The translations under genes and the position numbers were made by a program. A DNA stretch of 60,502 nucleotides, the filler included, from Dugesia japonica (lineage: Eukaryota), in assembly GCA_001938525.1 (NCBI GenBank). It is 6 parts of 6 records of this genome, joined end to end, with 100 filler letters (N's around TTAATTAATTAA, not from the genome) between each part and the next. Parts side by side here need not be neighbours in the genome. Positions count along the whole stretch, not along the records: positions 1 to 10,399 come from MQRL01629230.1; positions 10,500 to 20,948 come from MQRL01577084.1; 4 more parts are not named here. One strand, given 5' to 3'. Shown here in pieces: positions 1 to 14,097 of the stretch. How positions within the stretch are numbered: position 1 is the stretch's first letter; every line of letters starts with the position of its first letter. Below the pieces are notes generated by a model. That model saw only the letters and a program-made list of their open reading frames with translations. It was not told the origin of the DNA and did not search any database.

Positions 1-219
1 ATCGAGAGTGATAATGAAGATCAATATAAATAATATGAAAACAACATCAAAAAGCCTAGCAACCCAACAATTTTTAATTTTTTTAAAAAGATTTGAAAAA
101 CAGTTTCCAATCATAGCACAAAAATTTCAACTCGCTTCTAAACAGTTATTATTGACCAACAATTTATAACTTCAGAGTTTTTACCTATTTTAATTGGTTG
201 ATTCTTTTGAAATTTCTTT

Positions 220-605
220 TTATTAGCTGACAGGATAAGTTCTCATGGGCAAGTCTGAATTGTACATCTACAACAATTCTTTGTACACTGCTCTTTGTGA
301 TTTCAGTAGCTTTTAAAATGCCGTAGATGATACTATTCTGGTGCTTATGAATGGTATACGACACTGCTGCTCGCCTCTCTTCATAATTTTCAATACAAGG
401 TCTTCCAGAACCCCGCTTCTTATCAAATGTGCCACTTTAATAATACATATCTTCACAATTTTCTGGCATTATTTTTATTTACTTCGAAAGCTTGACATAA
501 TTTTTTGACAGAACCGTATTCAGGTTCCACCTTTTCCATTTTGACCAACAATCTTTCATAGTGTAATAGAAGCAATAATTTTTGGTCTTCTGAAAGATTT
601 GACAT
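220..605 (-). pseudogene. Tc1/mariner-family transposase N-terminal (DNA-binding) remnant
   Basis: Manual translation MSNLSEDQKL...GSVKKLCQAFEVNKNNARKL*...GTFDKKRGSGRP...ITKSSVQRIV: HTH, GRP linker, HTH, with a stop and a frameshift. Confidence 0.6.
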
Positions 606-1756
606 TTTAAACTTCAAAATTTTTTTAAAAAGATTTAAACAAAATAGTTAATTAAAATAAATGTCAATTAGAAATAAAACAATTTATCTAAATTAAAACT
701 AAATTTATTAAATTCACTTTTTATGGGATGGAATAAATATTTATATTTCTTTTACATTCTTTGTATTTTCATTAAATTCGAATAAATATATTTTATTAAT
801 TTTTCTTTCGCTACGTATTGTAGATGAGCGTTGACATTTTCTTGCTTGTTTTAATCACTTTTGTCTTCGATCTAAATGAACTCTTTATTATATTTCTTTT
901 CCAATATTTTTGTTTATTTAAGCATATTTTTAAACAGCTCTTCCTAAAAAGTCAATTCCTGACGAAGACAAGGTCAAAATATCGAATTGTTATCCAATAT
1001 CAATAAAAAAACCAAAATTTTGATCAAAGCTTTTATATTAAATGAACTCTTCCTAAAGCTGAATACCTGACTCATTGTTTCCTAGATTTCCATTTTTATT
1101 TCTGATCGATTATATTTTTATAATTGCTGCAATTTACAGTTATTTAAATTCTTCTCTTACAGAATTTTCTATTTTCTTTTCTTGATAATTTAAAGTATAT
1201 TTGTTTCTTCCGTTTCCTCGAAATTCTTTTAAATTTTCTGTCTTCTAAATTTTAATAATTTTCTTTTCCCAATTTGGTCCTAACAGAATAGAAAAAATCA
1301 GTGGAAAATTTTTTAAATTAACTGTAATAACACCAGAAAATAAAGGAATGTTTACATAGAATTTATAACTGTATTTAGTCAAGTTTTCTACAACCAAGGT
1401 AAGAACAAATTTCACGTTCTTCTTTTTAGTAGTTCGCTAATCTGATTCAGAATTGAATTTTAAATAAATACTTTAATCTATAATTTAGTAATTCATTATT
1501 CAAGTTTGTCTAATATACAAAAATTATTTTGAACTAGAAATTAATACAATATCAATTTAATAACTACAAACTTAGAACATTCAGAATTTCATTTTAAAAA
1601 TTGATTTATATTTCTTTCACATTTTGTCCTAATTTATTTCAATCAATAACTATATTAATTTTAGTGCTTTATTTGATACTCACATTCACTACAAGTTCAA
1701 AACAAATCTAATTGGTTAAAATCGGAATCACATTTAAATTTAACTATTTTTTTTAG

Positions 1757-2953
1757 AAAACATGCTTTGAAAAAAAGATCAAAAATTCTCCGAAGAAATT
1801 AAGTCAATTAGAAAAACTTTTAAACAGTATTCTTTTTCAAATTAAATATTTAACTAAAGTAATTATTTTACGTATGTATTTATAATTAATGGATTACAAT
1901 TAATATTTTTAGACAATTATTGGTGAAAGATGGCGAAGAATTTTTGATCTTTTTTTAAACAAAGAAAATCAAAGTCCAATTTTAGAACAGAATTTACAAA
2001 ATATGCCAGCTGAAGACAAATTGATTAATACAAATCAGTCAAATGAAAACCAAAGATCAACAAACAATTTCGAAGAATATAATTTCAATGTTTCGATTTA
2101 TCATAAAACAACAAAATTTCTCACATCTGAGATCGAAAATTATTGCATAGAATCTGAATTAAAAGGACTGCCATATTTTTCTAGAATATCTCAAACAAGT
2201 AAATCTTACAAAAATTTCAATGATACTTTGACACAAAATACCGACTTACCAAATATTGATTCAATAAAATTCAGCCAACCAAACACTTCAGTTTTCAAAC
2301 CGAATTTTAAAGAAATTAAAAGTAATATTTGCTATATGTATATCGGCACTACTTAACCAACTGAAATATAACATATGAAATCCTCTAAATTTCGAATTGT
2401 TTTTAAAGTACCATTATATGGTTTATTGTAATTAGAAAACAAAAAATTAATTTAGTGATTTTGAAATAACAAATATCGATTGTAGAAACTTTTTTTCGAA
2501 ATTTTAAAGGATTTGATATCAACAAAATGTGACCTTAATGAAAAATATTTACTCAACTTACTTTCAGTATCACCTATCAAGCGGGTTAGAAATGCATCAG
2601 AAAAATCCATCAGAAAATTATCGAATTCAGAATTGGACTTGAAAGACAAATCAAATCAAATTGGATCTGATAAATATCAAACAACAAAAAAAGAAATTAT
2701 CAACGAAGGAAATCACTTAGCTCTATCCGGTATTTCCAAAAATTCGTTTGAAATAATTTTTTATAAATTTTTGAATTATCTATTAGAAAATTGCATCAAA
2801 TATACTCAACCTGCAGACAACTATCTAAATGCTTTGCCGAATGTTCAAAATTTCGTACATACAACAAATTATGATTCGATTCACTATAGACATTTTAGTG
2901 AACCAGCTTTTATAAATTCATCAAGTTCAACTTGTCCAAGTAAGATTGATTGA
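1757..2953 (+). CDS. Hypothetical spliced gene, partial; exon 1757-1858, 54-nt intron, exon from 1913, further exon to 2953 (structure unresolved)
   Basis: Open phase-0 exon bounded by tttttag/gt joins in frame to the 2003-2356 ORF; the join to the 2513-2953 ORF could not be resolved; no recognisable domain. Confidence 0.4.
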
Positions 2954-5225
2954 ATTTGATATAAATTATTTACAAATTATAAACAAATTGAACATCTAAT
3001 TAAAAATATCTAAAATGGAAACCATATTTTCTATATGTATCAGCGTTAAAATTTCGTTAAATATTTTGTTCTTGAAATTGTGTGTCAGTACAAGTATGTA
3101 TGTATAAGATACCGAAAAATATTCTCTTGGCATTTCAATGCTTGGTACGCTTTGTTATATGGAGCTAGTGATTCTGTTTCTCCATCGCAACAATGTTTGT
3201 CTCTATATTGACAGATTAAGTAAATGTAAAACATGTATGCGTTTGTGTATGTGTTTTATTTCATGACTGATTTTTATTCTTTGTATTGGAAATTAAAACT
3301 TCATCCCACAAATTAGTAAATATGATCACAATAATCAATAGAAACACGTGGTTAACATTAAAAAAAATTTGATTAAAATTCATAAAATGAAAAGGTAAAT
3401 ATCGAAGCACACCATTTGAAATTGTGTTTGAACGACTTCATTTCCATTGTTAGTGAAGCAAAATTTAGACTGTGTGCTGTTGATTAGTGTGTCTTGACTA
3501 GACAAGTTGAATGACTTAGTTACAATCAATTTTTAAATGAAATTCATTTTATAAGCATCTTAATGTCACGTTTTTATTGATTGTATTTCTATTCAGTGAC
3601 TTCCATCTATCCACTTGGACCTAATTTTAATTCTGGATCTATTCCTTCTCATTCGGAGGTTAGTCAGTTTTGTTATTTATATTTAAATTAATTAAAATAC
3701 TGATAAACGTAAATTAATAATTTAAAGTAATAATTCATAAATTTNNNNNNNNNNNNNNNNNNNNNNNNNNNNNNNNNNNNNNNNNNNNNNNNNNNNNNNN
3801 NNNNNNNNNNNNNNNNNNNNNNNNNNNNNNNNNNNNNNNNNNNNNNNNNNNNNNNNNNNNNNNNNNNNNNNNNNNNNNNNNNNNNNNNNNNNNNNNNNNN
3901 NNNNNNNNNNNNNNNNNNNNNNNNNNNNNNNNNNNNNNNNNNNNNNNNNNNNNNNNNNNNNNNNNNNNNNNNNNNNNNNNNNNNNNNNNNNNNNNNNNNN
4001 NNNNNNNNNNNNNNNNNNNNNNNNNNNNNNNNNTTTTAATTATAGACATTTCATTCAATGAACTTAATTGGATTAGTATTCCAAATTTTCAAATGAAAAT
4101 TTTTATATTAAGCCAATATAATTGTAAGAATTTTTATATTTTTTATGAAAGTTAAATTTTATTTCAGTTTGCATTTTTCNNNNNNNNNNNNNNNNNNNNN
4201 NNNNNNNNNNNNNNNNNNNNNNNNNNNNNATGTGTTTTTCATAAGTTAGTTTATCATTTTGTTTAAATGCATAAAATTTTTCATTAAAATTGTCTATTGA
4301 ATTTAAATATAGCTTTTTTTTGAAACTAACAATTTTAATTATAGACATTTCATTCAATGAACTTAATTGGATTAGTATTCCAAATTTTCAAATGAAAATT
4401 TTTATATTAAGCCAATATAATTGTAAGAATTTTTATATTTTTTATGAAAGTTAAATTTTATTTCAGTTTGCATTTTTCTTTCTTAAAAATTTATATTAAA
4501 ACNATTGTTAACAAATTATTTGAAATAGAAAAAAAATAATTTCAAAGTTTAATATATTTTATTTTTTATAAAATAAATAAATTACTTAGGTTAAATTTTG
4601 TAAATAGTTTATAAGAAAACATTTTTAGAACTCAACACCTTTCTTATTTGAATTACATTTTAATAAAATGAAATACAAATTTATTCTCACTTTTAAAATA
4701 TGACTACAATAAATTAATATAAAAATTGGAAATAAGATCAAAAGCTATGAATTATATAACTGTTTATAATTGTGATTCCATTATTACATTAGAGTAGTAA
4801 TTTCTAAAATGACTTTTCGTTATATATTACCTATTTATTAATAACTTTAAGCGATTCAAATTTAAATATTAAAAGTTTTGGTTATTGTATACTGTTCAAG
4901 AAATTAAAATCTTTATATATTACGTTGTGGTAGTTTATAATGAGGAAACTATTTCTATCCATTTAGTTTTTTTATCCAAACATTCTTTGCTTAAAGGAAA
5001 GAAGTACTTTATTATTTTCATTACACGCTAACATATTTCTGAAAATTCAAAAATCGATTAAAAATTAAATATTTTTTTATTTCATTCAAAATTACATTTA
5101 TGATGCTAAAATTTGACTTTTACACGTTTAATCAAAATTTATTCTACGAATTCCATTATTTGATATGCTTAAAATTTATAATTTAAACGAACATGTTCGG
5201 TGCCTTTATTATTTATGTCTTAGTA

Positions 5226-5644
5226 CAGTGGTTCTCAAACTGGGGTCCGCGAAGCGGTGTCAGGGGAACTATGGGGGGATTCCTTTCCTTCGCTATTTTG
5301 CTAACGACTTTGCAGTCCATTCGTAAATTGTCTCACCCGAGATATCTCACNNNNNNNNNNNNNNNNNNNNNNNNNNNNNNNNNNNNNNNNNNNNNNNNNN
5401 NNNNNNNNNNNNNNNNNNNNNNNNNNNNNNNNNNNNNNNNNNNNNTTTACTTTTATTTAGAATACGAAATTCAACGCTCTGGTGTAGTTTTTTAAATCAG
5501 AGAATATTTGTCTGGATTTCGTTCAAAATACGGGAGAAAAATAGGAGATTTCCGACGTTAATTATGGTTAATTTTAGTTAATTTAAATTTTATGAGTCCA
5601 CGAGCCGTCAAAAAATTCCCAAAACTGCCACACAGGAAACACTG
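5226..5644. mobile_element. Non-autonomous hAT (Charlie/MER5-like) element
   Basis: Starts CAGTGGTTCTCAAAC, ends GGAAACACTG; perfect 8-bp TSD TCTTAGTA at 5218-5225 and 5645-5652. Confidence 0.85.
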
Positions 5645-5692
5645 TCTTAGTAGAAACCAAAGTTTCAATTTTTTAAATTACAATTTAATATA

Positions 5693-7401
5693 CAGTCAAA
5701 CCTCTCTATAACGTCGCCTCTCTAGAATATCTCTCTATAATGTCAAACCTCTCTATAATGCCAAACCTCTCTATAACGTAAAACCTCTCTATAACGTCAC
5801 CTCTATAACACCAAACCTTTCTATAACATCAAACCTCAATAATATCAAACTTCTCTATAACGTCAAACCTCTCTATAACGTCACCTCTATGACATCAAAC
5901 CTCTATTACATCAAACCTCTATAACGTCAAACCTCTATAACGTCACCTCTATAACACCAAACCTTTCTATAACATCAAACCTCTATAACATCAAACCTCT
6001 CTATTACGTAAAACCTCTCTATAACATCAAACCTCTCTATAANNNNNNNNNNNNNNNNNNNNNNNNNNNNNNNNNNNNNNNNNNNNNNNNNNNNNNNNNN
6101 NNNNNNNNNNNNNNNNNNNNNNNNNNNNNNNNNNNNNNNNNNNNNNNNNNNNNNNNNNNNNNNNNNNNNNNNNNNNNNNNNNNNNGTCACCTCTATAACA
6201 TCAAACCTTTCTATAACGTCAAACCTCTCTATAACGTCACCTCTATGACATCAAACCTCTATATAAAGTCAAACCTCTATAACGTCACCTCTATAACATC
6301 AAACCTTTCTATAACGTCAAACCTCTCTATAACGTCACCTCTATGACATCAAAACTCTATAACGTCAAACCTCTATATAACGTCAAACCTCTCTATAACG
6401 TCACCTATATGACATCAAAACTCTATATAACGTCAAACCTCTATATAACGTCAAACCTCTCTATAACGTCACCTCTATGACATCAAACCTCTATAACATC
6501 AAACCTCTATAACGTCAAACCTCTATAACGTCACCTCTATAACACCAAACCTTTCTATAACATCAAACCTCTATAACCCCAAACCTTTCTATAACATCAA
6601 ACCTCTATAACATCAAACCTCTCTATAACGTAAAACCTCTCTATAACATCAAACCTCTCTATAACGTCAGCTCTCTATAACGTCACCTCTATAACACCAA
6701 ACCTTTCTATAACGTCAAAACTCTCTATAACGTCACCTCTATGACAACAAACCTCTATGACATCAAACCTCTATAACATCAAACCTCTATATAACGTCAA
6801 ACCTCTATATAACGTCAAACCTCTCTATAATGTCAAACCTCTCTATAACGTCACCTCTATGACATCAAAACTCTATAACGTCAAACCTCTATATAACTTC
6901 AAACCTCTCTATAACGTCAAACCTCTCTATAACGTCACCTCTATGACATCAAAACTCTATATAAAGTCAAACCTCTATATAACGTCAAACCTCTATATAA
7001 CGTCAAACCTCTCTATAACGTCAAACCTCTCTATAACGTCACCTCTATGACATCAAACCTCTATAAAGTCAAACCTCTATAACGTCACCTCTATAACATC
7101 AAACCTTTCTATAACGTCAAACCTCTCTANNNNNNNNNNNNNNNNNNNNNNNNNNNNNNNNNNNNNNNNNNNNNNNNNNNNGTCACCTCTATAACATCAA
7201 ACCTTTCTATAACGTCAAACCTCTCTATAACGTCACCTCTATGACATCAAACCTCTGTATAAAGTCAACTCTCTATAACGTCACTTTTTAAAACCCAAAA
7301 TGAATTTTCCAATTATAATTTATCTATATCTACCACAAACTTCCGTACAACATCACTCAGTTCCGGTCCCGATGGGTGACGTTTATAGGGAGGTTCGACT
7401 G
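5693..7401. mobile_element. pogo/Tigger-like MITE inflated by a TIR-derived minisatellite
   Basis: TA|CAGTCAAACCTCTCTATAACG ... GTTTATAGGGAGGTTCGACTG|TA; interior is about 1.55 kb of 14-18-bp variants of the left TIR. Confidence 0.85.
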
Positions 7402-8084
7402 TATCTAGCATTCTTTCCAAGAATAGTCCTTCCACCGAAACTACGGTAAACAATTAAAACGGAAAGCAGATGCAGCTAACAAGCATTTATCGATCGACGG
7501 CCAACAATAAAATCAGCCTTGACAATAGTATGCTTCTTTAAAACGAAACGCGTTAAAATATTAACAAATCTCTTTCTAAATTACAAATGGGGATTTTTAT
7601 TATAATAAATTTTAATTAACATTTCAAAAATTTGTAGATTTGTAATCTATATTGAAAACTGATGAAAATTAATTAGATTACTAATTCATATCTTAATTCT
7701 ATTTCAATTTCATTAGTTGAAAATATGGGTTTAAGTAAATAAATCCCAATAGATCTTAACTTAAGCTATTTTTAGCACAAAATTTTGGTTTTAATACGCC
7801 CACTCATACAAAATTCATAAGGATCAATGTTGTTAAAATGAAATAAAATTTAAATAGTTAAAAATTTTCATGTTATGTTGAATTTAAAATCAAAAAGCTA
7901 TTAATTATAACATTTGTAATTGTATTTGATCTGATAAAAGCATTTTATCTCTAATGGTATCCAACTAAAGTCCGTGAATGCTTTTAAAACGTTCTTTTTT
8001 CTAGAAATGTACTCTCAAAAGTATATTTAACCAATTAAATGCGGAATTTATTTTTATTTAATTTTAATGTTGAATAATCCGATA

Positions 8085-8581
8085 TACATCAGGCAAATAC
8101 TACAAGTAAAATAATGGGAATACCAGTTGTATCAGGAAAATATTACGAGTAAAGTACGGAGAATACTAGTTGCATCAGGAAAATATTACGAGAAAAGTAC
8201 GGGGAATACTAGTTGCATCAGGAAAATATTACCAGTAAAATACTGGGAATACCAGTTGTATCAGGAAAATATTACGAGTAAAGTACGGAGAATACTAGTT
8301 GCATCAGGAAAATATTANNNNNNNNNNNNNNNNNNNNNNNNNNNNNNNNNNNNNNNNNNNNNNNNNNCAAGTAAAATACTGGGAATACCAGTTGTATCGG
8401 GAAAATACTACAAGTAAAATACTGGGAATACCAGTTGTATCAGGAAAATATTACGAGTAAAGTACGGGGAATACCAGTTGTATCGGGAAACTACTACAAG
8501 TAAAATACTGGGTATACCAGTTGTACCAGGAAAATATTACGAGTAAAGTACGGGGAATACTAGTTGTATCAGGAAAATATT
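8085..8581. repeat. 43-bp minisatellite, about 11 copies, two alternating variants
   Basis: Unit CAAGTAAAATACTGGGAATACCAGTTGTATCGGGAAAATACTA at 8368 and 8411; alternates with a CGAGTAAAGTACGGGGAATAC variant. Confidence 0.85.
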
Positions 8582-8644
8582 ATATCTTAGTGAAATTTTG
8601 AGTTTTTATATAGGCTAGTAATTTTTTAATTTTACACGAAGTGT

Positions 8645-8718
8645 ATACACGTCAAACCAATTCTAACCAAGAATTGGATTGACGTGTATTCACGTCGAAC
8701 TCAATTAACTCGTTAAGG
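8645..8718. repeat. 20-bp-stem hairpin followed by ...AAGGG, possible piggyBac-like element end
   Basis: ATACACGTCAAACCAATTCT-AACCA-AGAATTGGATTGACGTGTAT (1 mismatch); terminal AAGGG but no intact TTAA. Confidence 0.4.
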
Positions 8719-10399
8719 GTAGACTATATGTTAAAAATTCGTAAAATCGTCACTAGACTATAGAAATTGATTAGTTATTTAACTCTGTGTTGTGGTTGGT
8801 TGAAAAATTACCCATTTATTTAATATTTGAATATGCATGTTTATACAACCACTTAGATTTGAAATTACTTACATTTTATCACGCCTATTTATCTAGTTAA
8901 TAATTTAATCAACGGATGTCAAATTCTTTACCATTTGGACTTTTCTTTCTGTTAAATATTGTGCTTCAAAGAGTTAATCTGAAATTTAAAATTAATATTT
9001 CACGTCACTGTTAAAATCAATTAAGTGTAACTAAAATAATTATATTTTAATTTTTAAAATGATGATATTATTTCACGTTTTAATTACTATACTATTGTGG
9101 TAATAGTGATATCAATAACAATTAGAATGTTGGTTAAATAAAAGTACTTCATGATTTTGTACTATATAAAATAATACTTTGTTTTAATTTACAAATTAAA
9201 TAGCATATTAAGTAATCTTATTAAATAATCTTGAGACTTTCAATGTTTCATTTATATCAGAACTATGGTCCTTGTTCAAATGTGTAACGAAATATTTTTA
9301 CTTCAGTAAATAATATAAATTAGGGACAGTATTAAAGTTGTGGAACTTCGATTATTGAAGTAAATTAAGTAATTAGGATAAAACAATTATCATATTCGTG
9401 AAATTCAATATTAAGAAAATGAATAACAGTATATTTTTAAAGCTTATTTTATTAATGTACTGCTCAGAGAAAATTCTAAGACTTGATCAGGGTTACTTTA
9501 TACAAATATCAAGATATTTTATTAATAATAAACTTTAACAACAATAAAAAATTATTTCACTATTTTTTTCGAATGAAGAAAAGATTTTGCAAATAATAAG
9601 TAGGAGTTTTTGTAAGTATTCAATTGAAGAAAATCAATATTTTTTTCTAAATTTACTATTAAATTTTACTAAATTTATCTGTATCTATTGAAAGTTACAA
9701 AATTGTAAAAAGAATATTATTAAATAAATATATTGGTAATTTTATTATTTTTTTTCATTATGTAATTGTTGTACAGTCAATAAATTTAATGGGTTGTAAT
9801 AAAATTTCAACAACTTAGCAATTAAATTATAAATATTAATCAAATCAAAATATCCCTAAATTCAGTTTCTGTTACAGTGCTCTTATAAAGATTTTATTTT
9901 CAAATTTAAAATATTGTATTTGGTTTTGTAACTTTTACGATAAGTTTCTGATCTGAGAATAAGGGTTGTTTATTCATCAATTTACATTCCTATGAAAAAT
10001 TATTTATAGGAAATTCTTCTAAAAATAATTTAATTTCAATTATATATAATGTTTAACTATTCGCCAATATCTAAATCAGTCTGAAATACATAAATACTGA
10101 TCAAGCTATCACTGAAATGTTTAGTAATTTTTGGAAATATAAGAGAAAACATACTAACAAATGGCTTATCAACATTTCTTATACTATAAACAATCGAATT
10201 TAAGTATTAGTCACAGTGATTAATAAATATAGTGAATGAATAACTAAATTGGAATATATTTTTATAATCAATTGAAAATTTCATATTTAACTAAATTTTC
10301 CTGATAAAATAATATATATTCATTATATTATATATTTAAATAATCAAAGAACAATGGCAATCTTTTAATAAAAACTTTTAAACGCCATTTCAATATATA

Positions 10400-10499
10400 N
10401 NNNNNNNNNNNNNNNNNNNNNNNNNNNNNNNNNNNNNNNNNNNTTAATTAATTAANNNNNNNNNNNNNNNNNNNNNNNNNNNNNNNNNNNNNNNNNNNN
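10400..10499. other. Artificial scaffold-joining linker (44N-TTAATTAATTAA-44N)
   Basis: Exact 100-bp pattern with stop codons in all six frames, repeated five times in the window. Confidence 0.97.
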
Positions 10500-11254
10500 A
10501 AATGATTATACAAATTATTCAAATATTGAAAAAATAATTTAATTTTAAAAAGTATCATTTATAATTTAATTAAGCTTAAACTCTCAACAAATTAAATTAG
10601 ATATCGAATTGAAAAAACTTTTTCAGAATATAATTGAAAAATTTCATAATGTAATTAAACAAAATCAAACATATCGTTATAAAAAGGATTCTCCATCTGA
10701 TTAATTCCTGATTCCTATACTACATCAAATACAATGACAAAGTGATGACTATTTCCTCATAACAATTGTATTTACATTTGTCCACGTAAATCCGAACTAC
10801 TTGAAACAAAATTATTCATCTCAAAATCAATAAAATTAGTTTCCTTTTTTTCTTGATAAAGAAGAAACTTATTATGGTAATAACAATTAGTATTAATATT
10901 AATATTAAATTTAAATTTATAATTTATAAAATTTAAATTATTTATTTCAAATAAATACATTATTAAAATAATACTTTATTTTTAATTTTGTTAATAAATA
11001 TTAATAAATAATAATATTATATATATTATTAAAAATTTTTTTTTATATTTTTTATTAAAGTATTATAATAATACTACATANNNNNNNNNNNNNNNNNNNN
11101 NNNNNNNNNNNNNNNNNNNNNNNNNNNNNNNNNNNNNNNNNNNNNNNNNNNNNNNNNNNNNNNNNNNNNNNNNNNNNNNNNNNNNNNNNNNNNNNNNNNN
11201 NNNNNNNNNNNNNNNNNNNNNNNNNNNNNNNNNNNNNNNNNNNNNNNNNNNNNN

Positions 11255-11320
<66 letters not shown>
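11255..11320. repeat. (ATT)n microsatellite (others near 20875-20948, 52061-52240, 55424-55483)
   Basis: Direct reading; source of the poly-I, poly-L and poly-N ORFs. Confidence 0.95.
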
Positions 11321-12439
11321 TCTATAAACAAAATTATTTATTTAATAAACTAATATTGCAATTTAATTTATTAAAAAATAATAAAATTTGTTTTTCAAAT
11401 CAAAAAAATAAATATTACACCACTTTATTTTAACACGTCATTTATATAGTAAGTAATAATTTATCTACAAGGTAATCAGTAAGAAAGAAATAAATAAAAA
11501 ATGTAAAATAAGCTTTATCTTTAAAGTAAATCAGGAAAAATTCTACCGATTCTGTAAAAATAATAATTTTATTATTTTTTGAAGTATAAACATAAATGTA
11601 GTCTGTAGACAGCAAGGCAATTAGTGAAAATTATTTTTATCATTATTTAATAAGATTTTGAACTGGTATTTTCAGCATAAATTTCAAAATTGTTATTTTA
11701 GTATAAAAATTAATTTAAAAAAAGATTATTTCATTGCGATAAGTGCCATTCGCTTCAATGATTACAGAATATGGATATAGCAATTACCATTCAAAGTAAA
11801 TTTTGAAATTAGCAATCAAAAAGAAATTTCTGTAGATTTTTAATTGACATCAAAATTCAAATTTCATTTTTGTGTATTTAAAACAAAGCAAAACTTATTT
11901 TTTTAAATTAAAAAATAAAATATTAATATAATATTGATAATATAACATAATGTAAATTACATTGGAAACAACTCTCATTATCACATGTACTTTTCTCATT
12001 AAGTAATTTATCAATTTCAATATCACACACATTTCTGGAAAAAGAAAACAGTAATTTCATTAAATTTTAAAAATTTAGATTTTAGATAATTTAAAAAATT
12101 GTAAAACGTGTAAAATAAAATTACAACAGTCAAAATAAATTGCTGCACATTAAGTAATATTGTAAGACTCAAACACAAAAATTTACAATCACTCACAAAA
12201 ATTCATTTTTCAAATTAAAATTCTAGCTAGAGTATTTTATGAGAAAATTGTCAAATGTATTGAGAAACCAGAATTAAATATTTTGGAATAAAAAGCACAT
12301 AGAAAGAGAAATAATAATGGTTAAAGACATTTTTCAAATGTTATTGGTAATATTGATATAATGGAAGTGTGTGGATGGGAATAAAATATATCAATTTTTA
12401 GATTTAAAATATGTTGTATACAAAAAATATAAAACATAG

Positions 12440-13620
12440 TAATGATAAAATTAATACACTCAAGCTAAATGTCAGAAATAGAATGGTTAAATTACTTGAT
12501 AAATATGACCACATTTTCATGAATTCAAAATTTGATGTAGGTTTAACAAATAAAACATTGCATACTATAGAAACGAAAAGAAAACCCGTATTGATGAATC
12601 CAAGAAGACAACCTATGTATTTAGAAGGTAGAATAGATGTATTAGTATAAAATCGATTATTAATAAATATTATAAAAACTTGAAGAAATCCATAGAATTC
12701 TCCATTAAAAGTTGTTTCCAAAATAGAAGAGACTTTCAGAATGTGTTTGGATTTTAGAAATTTATTATTTTATTCATTATTATTATTATGATATTCCATA
12801 CAGACGCAAGTTTCAATGTAATTGGTACAGTTTTGAGTCAACTGTGAAGACATGGTTTGGAAACTGTTATTGCTAATGCATTTCGTAATTTGAATGATCA
12901 CAATAAGGGTTATTCTGCAACCAGAAAGTAACTATTAGCATTACACGAGTTTATGGTTCATTTCAACCAATATCATTATGAATAAAGTTCATAGCCAGAA
13001 GACATTAGTGTTTTGTGAAAAAATAATTTAACAAATTAGTTCACAATTTAAGACGTGAATTACAAGCCAACAGAATTTGATTTTGATCTTGAATTTTGTA
13101 AATATTTGAAGGAAAATGATTGAAAGAAATCACAAAAAATTTGGAAATTTCGTCTTCATACAAGCATCAATCAAACGGTTTTGTAGAATTAACAATCAGG
13201 ACTCTACGAGATATAATTAATACTACAATAAAACGCGGTTATAAACAAGTTGATTGGGATAAATTCTTACCTTGAATTAAATTTTCAATTAATGCAACCC
13301 AACAAAAGTAACTGGGGTATCACCGTTTGAGCTAATTTATTGGAAAAAAGATTATGATTCATGAACTATTAATAAATGACAATACTAATTGCAATGATGT
13401 GAGAGAATTAGTTAATGAAAATTTTAAAAATGCATCTCTAAAATCAAATGAATATGATTCAAATAAAAGAGAACATCGGCATTTATTTGAAGAAAATGGA
13501 ATTCAGATATGAAAGTACTTTTGAAGTATTAACATTTATAAGCCCACATTAAGTGCTTTTGATTTATTCTGAAATTCATCTACCACGAAGAATTGAGTGA
13601 TTAAAAATACAGATACTCAA
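12440..13620 (+). mobile_element. Internally deleted Ty3/gypsy pol remnant (RT start, RNase H, integrase pieces)
   Basis: FDVGLT..HTIET...PRRQP, FRMCLDFRNL, HTDASFNVIGTVLSQ, YKHQSNGFVELTIRTL, with many stops. Confidence 0.85.
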
Positions 13621-13842
13621 AAGAAATTAAGAAGAAAGGAATTAATATATAAAAATATGTATATAAAAATATGTAATTTATGAAATTAAAAACGTTATAA
13701 ATAAAGAATTCAACTTAAGCTCTATGTTTCCATAGACGTGTACCGAAATACACTATCACCTTAAAAAGAAACTTTCGATTTAAATAAACACCAAAAGTGA
13801 ACCCCTGAAAACATTATTATTGAACCTAATGATAAATATAAT

Positions 13843-13997
13843 GCCGACCCTCCGACAGCCATGGGTAAAGGTTTCCCATTAGCCGCCATTTGCGTTCAAA
13901 TTGTGAATGATCAGAGCGTTGTGCATTTTACATTAATTCACATATTTTGCTACATTCTTCATCGATATTTGAGCGGAGTGATCCATCACTTAAAGTG
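13843..13997 (-). rRNA. 5.8S rRNA pseudogene (degraded, isolated)
   Basis: Reverse complement contains GGATCACTC-GCTC, ATCGATGAAGAA, AATTAATGT, TTTGAACGCA and CTGTCGGAGGGTCGG, the 5.8S hallmarks in order, with substitutions. Confidence 0.85.
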
Positions 13998-14097
13998 GTT
14001 ATTAATAAAGATGCTGTTAGGCGATCATACTCTATTTTGATCAACTCAATAATAAAATCGAGGATCCGTATTGCTTTTGCAATACTATTATTAAATT

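Noticed and set aside
3100-3670. Short open frames on the minus strand (e.g. DKHCCDGETESLAPY) as exons
   Set aside because: Could not be joined into a consistent spliced model and no domain recognised
4035-4478. About 299-bp tandem duplication
   Set aside because: Identical copies flanking an N gap; typical scaffolding overlap artefact
5975-8417. Repetitive ORFs (YNVKPL, IERFDV, YQENITSK) and the arrays as CRISPR-like
   Set aside because: Translations of minisatellites; no unique spacers, no cas genes, eukaryotic context
10400-10499. Regularly spaced TTAATTAATTAA palindrome as a biological repeat
   Set aside because: Always centred in exactly 88 Ns; an assembly concatenation linker
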